Origin: a virus
DNA length: 64,000 nt
Reading direction: 5' to 3' (one strand)
Virus record (IMG/VR): IMGVR_UViG_3300035670_009638
Coordinates: 18,502 to 82,501 of that record
Shown: positions 10,690 through 20,904 of the stretch, piece after piece
Layout of the letters: each line of letters begins with the position of its first letter
Numbering within the stretch: position 1 is the stretch's first letter
Position numbers and translations under genes: made by a program
Notes under the pieces: model-generated
What the model saw: the letters and a program-made list of their open reading frames with translations, nothing else
Database searches by the model: none
Told to the model about the DNA's origin: nothing

Positions 10690-11667
10690 ATGGCTAAAAG
10701 GAATTATATTTATACTAATGAACTTTATGAAAAAGTAAATAGTGAAAATAAAATACTTCTTGATGACTATATTCTTGAAATGAAATCAAATGGCAGAAGC
10801 GATAAAACAATCTACCAATATACTGCCGACATTAAAATGTTTTACTGTTGGGCTGTAAAGGGTGTTAAAAACAAATCTATCTTAGAATTAAAGAAACGTG
10901 ACTTCAGAAGATTCTTCCTACAACTTCAAGACAATGGAACCTCAGCTGCACGTATAAACAGAGTACAATGTTCTCTTCGAAATATGCTTGAGTTTGCCTC
11001 TCAAGATGAAGATGAATATGATTATCCGATCAATATAATGAAAGGAATCAGAGGGCTACAGAAAGAAGAAGTTCGAGAGATTTGCTTCCTAACTAATGAA
11101 CAAATTGAGATGATATTAGATTATCTGATTTCTAAAAAACAATATCAGAAGGCTCTTTATCTGTCATTATCTTATGAGAGCGCTGGTAGACGTAACGAAG
11201 TATTCCAGGTGATGAAAGAAGGTTTCTTAGAAAATAATAGGACGAACGAGGTCACAGGTAAACGTGGGAAAAAATTTAGACTACTTTATTTTAATCGTTC
11301 CAAAGAAATTGCAAAGTTGTATTTTGAACAGCGTGGAGAAGATGATATTTCAGAACTTTGGATTGTCGGCAAAGGTGAAAATAAACGTACTGCAAAATAT
11401 GAAACTTTATATAACTGGACAGTAAGCTTCAGAAAGATTCTTGAAAAATTAACTGGAGATCACATTGAATTCAACCCTCACTCATATCGTCATTCAGCAC
11501 TCGAGAACTATTCAAACGGGACCCATTATGTCCTAAAAGAATTAGGAAAAGATAAACTTGATTTAAAAGTTTTGAAAGTTTTAGCGAATCACAATTCAAT
11601 CGAAACCACGGAAGGTTATTTGAAAGATCGGGATCAAGAATTATTAAACGAAGCATTTGGATTATAA
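10690..11667 (+). CDS. Tyrosine recombinase (SAM-like N-domain plus catalytic domain)
   Basis: GRRNE (R), HSYRH, ANH and TTEGY catalytic residues all present. Confidence 0.9.
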   Translation: MAKRNYIYTNELYEKVNSENKILLDDYILEMKSNGRSDKTIYQYTADIKMFYCWAVKGVKNKSILELKKRDFRRFFLQLQDNGTSAARINRVQCSLRNMLEFASQDEDEYDYPINIMKGIRGLQKEEVREICFLTNEQIEMILDYLISKKQYQKALYLSLSYESAGRRNEVFQVMKEGFLENNRTNEVTGKRGKKFRLLYFNRSKEIAKLYFEQRGEDDISELWIVGKGENKRTAKYETLYNWTVSFRKILEKLTGDHIEFNPHSYRHSALENYSNGTHYVLKELGKDKLDLKVLKVLANHNSIETTEGYLKDRDQELLNEAFGL

Positions 11668-11680
11668 AAAGGGTGATTTC

Positions 11681-11932
11681 TCACCCTACTTTATAACCAC
11701 CATATAAATCATTTATTACTTTTTGAATAAAATTCCAATCTACAGAACCTTCGTGGTTATACATCATATACTCTTCTGAGAATTCATTTTCAAAAATATA
11801 AATTTCTTTACCTTCATAAAAATTAATACTTTTTAATTTTAAATCTTCATACTCATAAGATTTGTTTTGGTTCTCACCTACAATTACTGAATAAATTTCT
11901 CCAATTATCATTTTTTCTTTCATGTTACTCAT
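11681..11932 (-). CDS. Hypothetical protein
   Basis: RBS AGGAG and an upstream TGTACA-N17-TATAAT promoter. Confidence 0.65.
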   Translation of the reverse strand: MSNMKEKMIIGEIYSVIVGENQNKSYEYEDLKLKSINFYEGKEIYIFENEFSEEYMMYNHEGSVDWNFIQKVINDLYGGYKVG

Positions 11933-12089
11933 CTCCTGGTTGTTATTTATAAGGATTTATTTCTTTACCTTATATATATATTATATACCATTTTCTTCCA
12001 TCTGTACACCCTTATTTACTTAATTTTTCAAAAAATTTGAATTTTATTACATAATTATTAACAGTCTTATAGAGCTATACTCTACGAGT

Positions 12090-12201
12090 CATCTAGTCGG
12101 CATTTAAAATCCACCGCGATGAACAACTTGTCTTTTTAAACTTGTTCTGACGCAATCGATCTTTTAATACTTGGTTCTCTTATTCTAAATTTCATTTTCA
12201 T
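12090..12201 (-). pseudogene. Decayed small basic phage protein
   Basis: MKMKFRIREPSIKRSIAS, then a frameshift to RTSLKRQVVHRGGF*MP. Resembles (from memory) small MKFGxRKPSxKxxIAARTS proteins. Confidence 0.4.
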
Positions 12202-12242
12202 CTACTCCGATTTATATCTCTGAAACTGAACAAGCACGCTGA

Positions 12243-12638
12243 TTATTCAGCGTACTTGAACAGATAGCCGCCAGTTTTAAATTTTCGACCCGCAACAGTT
12301 TCTTTTCCAGTTTTAAGTGAATGCTTCACCCAACCAACATTACAGATATTGTTTTCTGTTGCCCACTTGAAAGTTTCTAATAATCCATTAATTGTATTTA
12401 CTAGTTGACCATCTTTATATACTTCAATAACTCTTCTACGCCCTCTTCGTGGTTGAGGTTTTTCTACTTCTTCTTGTTGAGATTGTTCAGATTGCTCTTC
12501 AGCAATTCTAGCTTCTTCTTCAAGGATTGGAGTTAAAGCATCGATTAATTGTTGTTTATTCATATCCCAACGACCAGTAATATTTTTTTCTCCTGCTAGA
12601 TTTCTAAGTTCTTTTACTTTCATTTCTTGTAAATTCAT
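12243..12638 (-). CDS. Rho-N-like helix-extended-helix plus NUMOD1-like DNA-binding protein
   Basis: L.EMKVKELRNLA...ITG...MNKQQLIDAL; C-terminal ...GGYLFKY; RBS GGAGG before ATG 12638. Confidence 0.65.
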   Translation of the reverse strand: MNLQEMKVKELRNLAGEKNITGRWDMNKQQLIDALTPILEEEARIAEEQSEQSQQEEVEKPQPRRGRRRVIEVYKDGQLVNTINGLLETFKWATENNICNVGWVKHSLKTGKETVAGRKFKTGGYLFKYAE

Positions 12639-12820
12639 TTTTCTTACCTCCAATTTAGTAGTTGAATTTTTTTTATATCTCTCTAATTATTATTATATAC
12701 AGATTCTACCAACTCGTAAACACTTTTTTTGCAATATTTTGAAAGTTCTTGCAACTTTTTGTCAAAAAAAGAGAGGCTTTAGGCCCCTCTAAAATCACTC
12801 AACTAAATAAATCAGAAATA

Positions 12821-13051
12821 TTAATTAATAGGAATGTTAAAAATGATTAGAACAATCAATATAGCAGTAATAAAAAATCCATAGAATCCATAGAACAATA
12901 TACGATCGCTAACATGACCATCAATTCCAAAGTATTCATTTACTTTCCAATAAATCGTAGATAGAACTTCCAATGTCATTAAAATTAAGATGCTAATCTT
13001 TTGGCGAAGTGTCAGTTTTTTTCGACTAGGAAGTTGAACAATTCTTTCCAT
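12821..13051 (-). CDS. Small membrane protein
   Basis: Two hydrophobic segments; RBS AAGGAG. Confidence 0.65.
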   Translation of the reverse strand: MERIVQLPSRKKLTLRQKISILILMTLEVLSTIYWKVNEYFGIDGHVSDRILFYGFYGFFITAILIVLIIFNIPIN

Positions 13052-13114
13052 TTTGATATACTCTCCTTAGAAATAGTTTTTGTTTGGTTACTGGTTCGTG
13101 TTGCAGCACGAACC

Positions 13115-13759
13115 TCAAACGTAACCTTTTTCTTTCAAAGAAACATGTTTTCCTTGACCGATTATAATATGATCGAGCAGTTCAATTCCAACCATTTTTC
13201 CAACTTCTGAAAGTCTCTTAGTTACTTCAACATCTTGTCTGCTGGGATCAGGATTCCCAGAAGGATGATTATGACAAACAATAACTGAGGCTGCACTTAA
13301 TCGAATTCCTTCTCGAAAAACCTCTCTCGGATGAACAATACTAGAATTTAGTGAACCTTTGAAAACCATTTTTCTTGAAATGATAATATTCTTTGTGTTC
13401 AAGTAAATTGCTTCAAAATGTTCTTGATTCTGTAAAGTTAAATCTTCGAAATACTTAGCTACATCTTCCGGGCTTCTTACAATATAGCTATCTTCTTTTT
13501 TGAATTTTCTTATATAGTTTGCTAGTCCAAATGAAGAAACAATTCTTCTCGCCGAAACTTCACCGATCCCTTCGAATTTTTTAAGTTCATCGATACTCAT
13601 ATCTACTAGTCTACTAATTCCAAGACTCGCCAATTTACCAGTTGATTCTGGATTTGCTTTAGGACCAATTAGAATTGCCAACATATTTTGTAATGAGGTT
13701 CCATCTGGACCATAAAAACTTAATTCTTCTTTTGCTACCTGAAAATGATTATTTTCCAT
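13115..13759 (-). CDS. radC: RadC/JAB-domain protein
   Basis: HhH motif (GIGEV), VHPREVF, HNHPSG.PDPS..D and LLDHIIIG. Confidence 0.95.
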   Translation of the reverse strand: MENNHFQVAKEELSFYGPDGTSLQNMLAILIGPKANPESTGKLASLGISRLVDMSIDELKKFEGIGEVSARRIVSSFGLANYIRKFKKEDSYIVRSPEDVAKYFEDLTLQNQEHFEAIYLNTKNIIISRKMVFKGSLNSSIVHPREVFREGIRLSAASVIVCHNHPSGNPDPSRQDVEVTKRLSEVGKMVGIELLDHIIIGQGKHVSLKEKGYV

Positions 13760-13910
13760 TTAAATACCTCCTAATTAAAATAAAATATTTAATATATTTT
13801 TGCACTCATTGATAATAAATCATCATAGAAGGCTACAGGATGTCCTGTATTTCATTTTGTTTTCCGTTTAATATAAAACATTAGACTGGATTTCGAAAAG
13901 GCCATACGGG

Positions 13911-14405
13911 TCAAATATGAGCCTCGTTTCCGGTCAAAGGGCAATTTCCACAGTCTTGTGTTAAACATTGAGCACAAGGAAGAATTTTAATTCTACAATT
14001 TGGACAAGACTGACTTTCGAATCTTTGTTCCAATTCAACTTCATTTTCACAATGAGGACACCATTCAGAAACTGTTTGGTTTTTTTGATATTCTTCAAGA
14101 CTAGATTGTGACCAGTATTTCTCAATTCCTTTATGTTCAGAATGACAAGGTCCGCAAAGAACCATATCAAGGAGTTCCAGCCAAATATCTTCGTTCTTTC
14201 TCATATCTAAAATTTTTCCACATTTATCGCATATTTCAAAACCAACATCCATTTCATCAATATCATTCAATAAATCTACTTTTCTTTGAAGTCTTTCTTT
14301 AAACTCTGGACCAGACAAGTTCTCGAATGTTTCCATTAAACTGACCGCATCATCTAGTTCTCTAAATAATTTTCGGGCCAAATCATATTGCAATAAGTTC
14401 CTCAT
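13911..14405 (-). CDS. Cys-rich zinc-binding hypothetical protein
   Basis: Multiple CxxC pairs; overlaps the ardC stop. Confidence 0.65.
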   Translation of the reverse strand: MRNLLQYDLARKLFRELDDAVSLMETFENLSGPEFKERLQRKVDLLNDIDEMDVGFEICDKCGKILDMRKNEDIWLELLDMVLCGPCHSEHKGIEKYWSQSSLEEYQKNQTVSEWCPHCENEVELEQRFESQSCPNCRIKILPCAQCLTQDCGNCPLTGNEAHI

Positions 14406-15255
14406 TTTTAACCTCCTGGAATTCTAAAATATAATCTGCTGCTTTTTGTGCATGTTGTGCCGCATAAATTATCAACTTGGGATCTTTCTTGATTTCAGAT
14501 AACCAACCGTATAAATAAGAAATTGAATTTTGATGTTGTTTTTCATTTTCAATTCCTAAGACTGAAAGAATCATGTTACTACCGATTTCAGCAACTAGCT
14601 CTTCTTTTGAGTAACTTTCTGAACCAAAAACTGACTGATCATCATTAGTAAATCGATTGAGTCTAATATTATGTCCAGTTGAATGAACCATTTCATGGAA
14701 TATCGTAGAGTAATATTCTTCAACTTCTCTAAACTGGCTTAGGTCTGGCATCGTAATGATGTCTAAGGTTGGTGTGTAATAAGCTCGGTTTGAGCCTTTA
14801 TGAATTCGAATTTTCACTTCAGACTTATATGATTGAATCAAGTTCTCTGCTTGTTCGTTGGGGTTATGATGGAAATTCATTTGTTCTTCTTCAATACCTT
14901 CAACATCAGCAGCAGAAAAGACCCTGTAATAACGGAACACTGGATAACTTTCTTCTTCTCCATCTTCATTCTTCTTCTCAACAAATTTCCAAAATGCTAC
15001 CATATGAGACTTACTTCCTTTTTTCAATTTGACCTCTGGATTTTTCTTGTTTAAATCTTGTATTTGGTTAAAGGTTAAATAATTTCCACCATCCAAAAGC
15101 AAAAGATTAATTCCTCGATAAGGCTTCTTGGTTACGTAGTTCTTTGGAATGCCACCTTTCCAAGGTTTTCTCCAAGGAGTAGTTCTACCATTTTGGATGG
15201 CATCTTCAATTTCCTTAATAATTTTCTCCTGAACAATTTGGTAGACTTTTGACAT
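14383..15255 (-). CDS. ardC: ArdC-family anti-restriction ssDNA-binding protein with zincin-like domain
   Basis: PWRKPW, N..T.KPYRGIN, FHEMVHSTGH and YSKEELVAE. Confidence 0.92.
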   Translation of the reverse strand: MSKVYQIVQEKIIKEIEDAIQNGRTTPWRKPWKGGIPKNYVTKKPYRGINLLLLDGGNYLTFNQIQDLNKKNPEVKLKKGSKSHMVAFWKFVEKKNEDGEEESYPVFRYYRVFSAADVEGIEEEQMNFHHNPNEQAENLIQSYKSEVKIRIHKGSNRAYYTPTLDIITMPDLSQFREVEEYYSTIFHEMVHSTGHNIRLNRFTNDDQSVFGSESYSKEELVAEIGSNMILSVLGIENEKQHQNSISYLYGWLSEIKKDPKLIIYAAQHAQKAADYILEFQEVKNEELIAI

Positions 15256-15265
15256 CTTTATCCTC

Positions 15266-15463
15266 CTAACGAATAAAAGTTGAAAATGAAATCAATCTTG
15301 GTCGTTGATTATATTTTTTAGCAATCTCTTTTGACTTCTTGTTAAACAAGGTTATATAAGGCTCAATTTCGTCCTTTGCTTGTTCTCTATTGATTTTACC
15401 AATGTTATACAAGGCTCTTGCTTCTTGAGCTCTTAGAAGTAGCGTACGGGATTCGTGTGTCAT
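15266..15463 (-). CDS. Hypothetical protein
   Basis: RBS AAGGAGG. Confidence 0.65.
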   Translation of the reverse strand: MTHESRTLLLRAQEARALYNIGKINREQAKDEIEPYITLFNKKSKEIAKKYNQRPRLISFSTFIR

Positions 15464-15484
15464 TTTAAAGTCCTCCTTATATAA

Positions 15485-15562
15485 TTAAATTAAATCATCT
15501 TCACCATAACCCAAGAAAATTACTGATAACACTACTAATACAGAAGATAATACTTTTTTCAT
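15485..15562 (-). CDS. 25-aa peptide MKKVLSSVLVVLSVIFLGYGEDDLI (not in ORF track)
   Basis: Perfect RBS AAAGGAGG, ATG 15562, TAA 15487-15485; signal-peptide-like. Confidence 0.6.
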   Translation of the reverse strand: MKKVLSSVLVVLSVIFLGYGEDDLI

Positions 15563-15642
15563 TCTGATACCTCCTTTATTAATTGTTAGTTGCTTCTAGC
15601 TAAAACAACTCCGAGACTTATGTCTCAGAGCTGCTTATTATT

Positions 15643-15927
15643 TTATTTATAGATAATTATTAAACTTTCTAATGCTTCTCTAGTTCCACAAGAATCGCAA
15701 ATCATTGTCTTATTATCTTTTCTTGAAAGAGCTAATAATCTTTCAAAAGTTTGTTTACAACTAGGACAGATTTCAATAAATTCTACATCCAGGTTTTCTT
15801 TCTTAAATTTTCTAAACTCATTTAAATTTTCAAAATTGTAAAAGAAAGATTCAATTCTTTTCTTTTTAACTTGGACTTCAACTAAAATTTCTCCAGATTT
15901 CAATGTTTCTACGTAAGCTTGTTTCAT
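15643..15927 (-). CDS. Zinc-finger hypothetical protein
   Basis: CPSC...ALSR.DN...ICDSCG..EAL. Confidence 0.65.
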   Translation of the reverse strand: MKQAYVETLKSGEILVEVQVKKKRIESFFYNFENLNEFRKFKKENLDVEFIEICPSCKQTFERLLALSRKDNKTMICDSCGTREALESLIIIYK

Positions 15928-15980
15928 TTTTCTTCACTCCTAGTAGTTGGTTATTTATATTTCTCTATAATTAATTATAT

Positions 15981-15994
15981 CAAACGTTTGTTCG
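15981..15994. promoter_or_regulatory. LexA/DinR SOS box inside a promoter spacer
   Basis: Minus strand CGAACAAACGTTTG matches the Bacillus consensus CGAACRNRYGTTYG; lies within TGTACA-N17-TATAAT. Confidence 0.7.
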
Positions 15995-16209
15995 CTTGTA
16001 CATAATTATTTGCAATTTTCAGAAAATTTATTTTAACTTTTATTATAATTAGATCAAGAGATAAAGGCCTTGATCAATTGATTTTTTTATTTATATCTCT
16101 GTAATTATTATTATAAATAGATTACTGCCAAACGTAAACGATTTTTCAAATTTTACAATATTTTTAATTTTATTACAAACAATTAAATATAAGAAGAAGT
16201 AGCCTGTGA

Positions 16210-18210
16210 TTAGACTACTTCTACTTTTTTAAGTTCACCCCGTCTTGTAGCATAAGTTCCAGGTGTTGCTCGACTTTTAATTGCAGTCAAGTCTTTTGTA
16301 TTTACTTCCACTTCAGTACGAGTTGTTTTTAGTTTTAAAGTTACTTCCTTATCAAGGGTAATCATATCAACAACTTCTTGACCTTCTTTGTAACCATATT
16401 TCAGAACTTTTCTTCTACTAGAGAAAACTTTCATATCGACTTTAGCAATTCGATTATTCTTGTAAGCAATAATCAAGAATTTTCTTTTGCCATCATAGAT
16501 CGTATAATTAACAACATTTTCATTTTCAATTTCGAAGATGTTCATCAAGTAAGTTCCTAGAGAATTATTCTTCGTATCTTCAATCCTGCTTAATTCAATT
16601 TTGTATGCCATACAAGCATCAGTTATCATAACAACTTCAGACTTATTAGTAGCCTCGAAGACTTGAATAATTTCGTCACCTGGTTTCAATGCTGGTTCTT
16701 GTTCGAAATTCTTGAGTTTATAAACGTATCCTTCTTTAGTCAAATGAACTTTAACTGGATAATCAGGAATTGTTTGTTCTTGAATAAGACTTATTGGTTT
16801 TACATTCGTAAGCTCAATAATCTCAGATTGTCTTGGCTTACCATATTTTTCTTTCGTTTCTTCTAAATCGTTGATGATCAACTCGTTCAATCTTTTTTCA
16901 TTTCCAACAATGTCTTTATAATCCTTAATTTTCTTTTCAAGGTTTTCAATGTCCTTGATTTTCTTGACAATGTAATCTTTATTGATGTTTCGAAGTTTCA
17001 TGTCAGCTACTTCTTTTGCTTGCTCTTTGTCGATTCCAAAATGTTTTTGAAGATTCTTTTCAATCATATCTTCTTTAGATTTTCTAATGATATCGATTGC
17101 TTTATCAATATCAAGCAATACTTTTTCCAAACCTCTTAAAATATGAAGCTTCTCACTCATTCTTTTAATATCATAAGTTAAGCTTCTTTGAAGACTTGTT
17201 CTTCTCCATTTTAGCCATTCTTCGATAATGTTCCACACTCCCAGAACTCTTGGTAAATCATTAACAAGAATGTTCATATTGGAACTGTATGTTGATTGGA
17301 GTGGTGTAAATCGATATAACTTTTCAAGGAGCAATTTCATATCTGTTCCACGTCTTGCTGTAACTGTTATAAGCATTCCTCGAAGACCTGTTAAATCTTT
17401 AACATCTGTTACTTCTTTTAATTTCCCAGTTTTAGCGAGCTCAACGATCTTTTCAATTATTGCCTCTCTTGTCGTTGAATATGGAACTTCAGTTATAAGA
17501 ATTTCATTTCCTTCGATTTCAGCTTTTCCACGAATCTTCACTGTTCCAGTTCCTTCAGTATTGATTTGCTTAAATACTTCTAGCTCTTTTACAATGAATC
17601 CTCCAGTAGCAAAATCTGGAACCAAAGTGGTTTTCTTTTTTGTTTTTAGATATTTAATAACTGAGTCACAAAGTTCAATTAAGTTAAATGATGGGGTTGA
17701 TGAGCTAAATCCAACACCAATTCCAGATTGAGCATAAGTTAGTATTGCCGGGAATTTTACCGGAAGAACTTCTGGGATTTTAATTGTTCCATCATAATTG
17801 TCTACAAAATCTACAATATTCTTTTCAAAATCTTTCATCATATCAATAGAGATATCAGATAGTTTAACTTCAGAATATCGGCTTGCTGCTGGAGCTAAGT
17901 CTCTTGATGTATAGTTACCAAAGTTTCCTTTACCGATCAACCATGGATGAGAATGTCTGTCTTTTTGAACCATTCCAACCATCGTTCCATAAGTCGAACC
18001 ATGTGGGTGGTACTTGAAAACTTCTCCTTCAGCATTTGCACTTTTTGTAAACTTAATTGCATTCATTTGTTTCATTGCCCATAAAATTCTTCGATGGGCT
18101 GGTTTCAATCCATCTCTCAAATCTGGCAAAGCTCTGTCAAGAAGAACGTACGCGCTGTAGTTCATCATGTTATCTTGTACGATATTTTCAATTTGTTTAG
18201 TAGTAGTCAA
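16210..18210 (-). CDS. Type IIA topoisomerase subunit A (GyrA/ParC-like)
   Basis: RALPDLRDGLKP..RR, YHPHG, AASRYSE (catalytic Tyr) and PDFATGG. Confidence 0.95.
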   Translation of the reverse strand: MTTTKQIENIVQDNMMNYSAYVLLDRALPDLRDGLKPAHRRILWAMKQMNAIKFTKSANAEGEVFKYHPHGSTYGTMVGMVQKDRHSHPWLIGKGNFGNYTSRDLAPAASRYSEVKLSDISIDMMKDFEKNIVDFVDNYDGTIKIPEVLPVKFPAILTYAQSGIGVGFSSSTPSFNLIELCDSVIKYLKTKKKTTLVPDFATGGFIVKELEVFKQINTEGTGTVKIRGKAEIEGNEILITEVPYSTTREAIIEKIVELAKTGKLKEVTDVKDLTGLRGMLITVTARRGTDMKLLLEKLYRFTPLQSTYSSNMNILVNDLPRVLGVWNIIEEWLKWRRTSLQRSLTYDIKRMSEKLHILRGLEKVLLDIDKAIDIIRKSKEDMIEKNLQKHFGIDKEQAKEVADMKLRNINKDYIVKKIKDIENLEKKIKDYKDIVGNEKRLNELIINDLEETKEKYGKPRQSEIIELTNVKPISLIQEQTIPDYPVKVHLTKEGYVYKLKNFEQEPALKPGDEIIQVFEATNKSEVVMITDACMAYKIELSRIEDTKNNSLGTYLMNIFEIENENVVNYTIYDGKRKFLIIAYKNNRIAKVDMKVFSSRRKVLKYGYKEGQEVVDMITLDKEVTLKLKTTRTEVEVNTKDLTAIKSRATPGTYATRRGELKKVEVV

Positions 18211-18375
18211 GTTAAGTAACCTCCTTGTTAATCTCTCTCATATATTTATATCTGTCTGAGAGAAAATGTAAATTATATTTCTATAATTATTATATAAAAG
18301 ATATTGTAATTCGTACATATATTTTTGCAATTTTCAGATAATTTATAAATAAAAACTAGACTGGATAATTCCAGC

Positions 18376-18783
18376 CTAGTTTCGTGTTCCAGTATATATT
18401 TTTCCTTCTTCTATCAAGCTATTGATTAAATCACAAACACGATCAAGAGTATTTAAGTCATTTACAATTATTCTATTCGAAATAAAGTTTTTATTCTCTT
18501 TGCTTACAATACCAAATATTTCTTCGTTAAGTGGATTTTTTAGGTTTGTGTCTATATAAAAGGTTCCAATTGAGTTTTTATTAAGTCTTACTCCACCGAG
18601 AGTTTTTAGTGTATCAGAATCTTTAAGATATAACCAAGGCCTATTAACACTTTTCTTTGTTACAATATTGCACTTCAATTCTAGAAATTCAGAAAGCTTT
18701 TTAGGATCTTTTATATTTTCAGAAGTAACGGTAATTGTCTCAACGTGCTTTTTTTCAAATGTCAATGTTTCAATTTGAGTCAT
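18376..18783 (-). CDS. Hypothetical protein between the topoisomerase subunits
   Basis: RBS AAGGGGG; hairpin downstream at 18356-18380. Confidence 0.65.
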   Translation of the reverse strand: MTQIETLTFEKKHVETITVTSENIKDPKKLSEFLELKCNIVTKKSVNRPWLYLKDSDTLKTLGGVRLNKNSIGTFYIDTNLKNPLNEEIFGIVSKENKNFISNRIIVNDLNTLDRVCDLINSLIEEGKIYTGTRN

Positions 18784-18882
18784 TTTAAAAACACCCCCTT
18801 TTGAGTTCTTATTATTATATTACTTGAATTTATTCAATAAAACAATTTTTTCATTTTTTTATTAAAAAACAAGTAGAAAGCA

Positions 18883-20796
18883 TCAATCGATGCTCTCTAC
18901 ATAGTTATGGAGATTTTCTGAAATATACTGTCTTCTGTTGGATGAATCAATTCCCATCCACGTTTCGAGGGAATCAATCATTGATTTTGCATCCTCGACA
19001 GTTACTTTTATCAAGTCTCTTGTTTCAGGATTCATTGCTGTTTCTGCCATAGTTTCAGCATCCAATTCCCCAAGTCCTTTACAACGGGCAACTGTTTTTA
19101 CATTTTGTAATGTATGAAGTTTTTCTTCCTTTTCTTTTTCAGAATAGAAGTAAATCATATTATCATCTTTTAACTTCACTTCGTACAATGGAGTTTGAGC
19201 AATATAAACATATCCTTGTTTAATTAATTCTGGCATTAGTCTGTAGAACATAGTAATAATTAAGCAGGCAATTTGATGACCATCTGGGTCAGCATCTGTA
19301 CTTATGATTATCTTCCCGAATCTCAACTTTTTAATATCAAAATTTTCGAGGTCTTTATTTTTCTTGTCTGTCTGAATACCACAACCTAGAACCTTAACTA
19401 AGTCAGTTATGACTTGGTTTTTAAAGATTGTTGTATAATCTGATTTCAGACAGTTTAAGATTTTTCCTCGAAGTGGATATGCTGCCTGATACATTGCATC
19501 TCTGGCCAAAACAATAGAACCTAAAGCTGAGTTACCTTCCGCAATAAACAATTCTGAATCTGGTCCGTGTTTTTTACAATCAACAAGTTTTTCAACTTTG
19601 TTCCCAATACCATCCACTTTTTCTGTGAGTTTTTTCTTTAAAGCTTTTTTAGCTTTAAGAGACTGAGCATTATGTTTTTGTACTGCCAATAAATGATTGA
19701 TCAGCTTTTTTAATCCTTTTTCATTTTCAACTTTAAGAACTTCTAATAATTGAACTGCATGCTTTTGTGCAATTTTTTTATATAGCTTCTTATTGGTTGA
19801 AAGTTTAGTCTGGTTTTGGAATTCTCCCTTATTTGATAATGCTACCAATACAAAGCTTACTGAAGATTCAACATCAGACATTGTAAATGAGGTTACTCCT
19901 TTAGGAAATAACTTATTATCTTTACAATACTTATTTGCAAATTGACGTATTCCAGAAATAACTCCATCGTTGAAACTTCCACCTTCAGCTAGGTAGGTTA
20001 GGTTTAAGTAAGATTCTTGGATTGGCTCAGCTGTGGTAGAAAATATAAGCTCGATACTGTTCTTTTCATCTTCATCATCATATAAAGTTACTGGAGAAGT
20101 TATGATTGGTGAAGTTGATGAATTTCCAATAATTTCACCATAATAATCTTGAATGCTTCCATAATGGAATTCATGTGATTCTTCTTTATGCTTAAAGAAA
20201 AGTTTAACTTTTGGAGATCCAACAGCAAACCTTTTTACAATATCTTTAACTTCATCTTTATCATAAGTCGTAATAGGATAAACTTCTGGGTCCAACTTAA
20301 AAGTAATTGATGTTCCATGTAAGTTCTTATCACATTTTTCTTTCTTTAAGTCTTGAACAAGTTCTCCACCATTTTCAAATTTCAATGAATGTTTATATCC
20401 ATTGTAATATGCTTCAACATAGAAAATGGAAGATGTATAACATAAAACTGTATTACCAACACCATTAGTTCCGGTTGTAGTTGAATCAGTAGTTTCATAT
20501 TTTGTACCGGCGAACAGGGTTCTGAATAGAAGTTCGTAATTCTTGACTCCATCTGTTTTACCATCAATAGGAATTCCACGACCTGTATCTTTTACAGTTA
20601 TTGTCTGTAAATCATCATGGAGTTCAACTGTTACAACTCCTTCATCAAAGTTATTAATTACTTCATCAGTTCCATTTGCAATAACTTCTTTTAAACCATG
20701 ATAGTAGTTGTCTCTTGAACCATACCAAACAGAAATTTTTTCTCTAGCTTTCTCTCTGTCATTCAATACTCGGATTCTGTCATTATTAGTAGTCAT
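18883..20796 (-). CDS. Type IIA topoisomerase subunit B (GyrB/ParE-like)
   Basis: EVIANGTDE, DTGRGIP, GTNGVG, EGNSA, PLRGKILN, DADPDG and KGLGE; RBS AGGAGG before ATG 20796. Confidence 0.95.
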   Translation of the reverse strand: MTTNNDRIRVLNDREKAREKISVWYGSRDNYYHGLKEVIANGTDEVINNFDEGVVTVELHDDLQTITVKDTGRGIPIDGKTDGVKNYELLFRTLFAGTKYETTDSTTTGTNGVGNTVLCYTSSIFYVEAYYNGYKHSLKFENGGELVQDLKKEKCDKNLHGTSITFKLDPEVYPITTYDKDEVKDIVKRFAVGSPKVKLFFKHKEESHEFHYGSIQDYYGEIIGNSSTSPIITSPVTLYDDEDEKNSIELIFSTTAEPIQESYLNLTYLAEGGSFNDGVISGIRQFANKYCKDNKLFPKGVTSFTMSDVESSVSFVLVALSNKGEFQNQTKLSTNKKLYKKIAQKHAVQLLEVLKVENEKGLKKLINHLLAVQKHNAQSLKAKKALKKKLTEKVDGIGNKVEKLVDCKKHGPDSELFIAEGNSALGSIVLARDAMYQAAYPLRGKILNCLKSDYTTIFKNQVITDLVKVLGCGIQTDKKNKDLENFDIKKLRFGKIIISTDADPDGHQIACLIITMFYRLMPELIKQGYVYIAQTPLYEVKLKDDNMIYFYSEKEKEEKLHTLQNVKTVARCKGLGELDAETMAETAMNPETRDLIKVTVEDAKSMIDSLETWMGIDSSNRRQYISENLHNYVESID

Positions 20797-20904
20797 TAAG
20801 CAATTCCTCCTAAAAAGTTTTTCCAATATTTGGAAATATCTCTCTAATAATTATTATATCAAGTTCCGTAAAAACGTAAACACTTTTTAGGAGGGTTTTT
20901 TCTT

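Noticed and set aside
10690-11667. attP site for the first recombinase
   Set aside because: No convincing core or arm repeats could be identified by eye.
15485-15562. Arbitrium AimP assignment for the small peptide
   Set aside because: No adjacent TPR/AimR-like receptor, and the peptide is shorter than typical AimP precursors.
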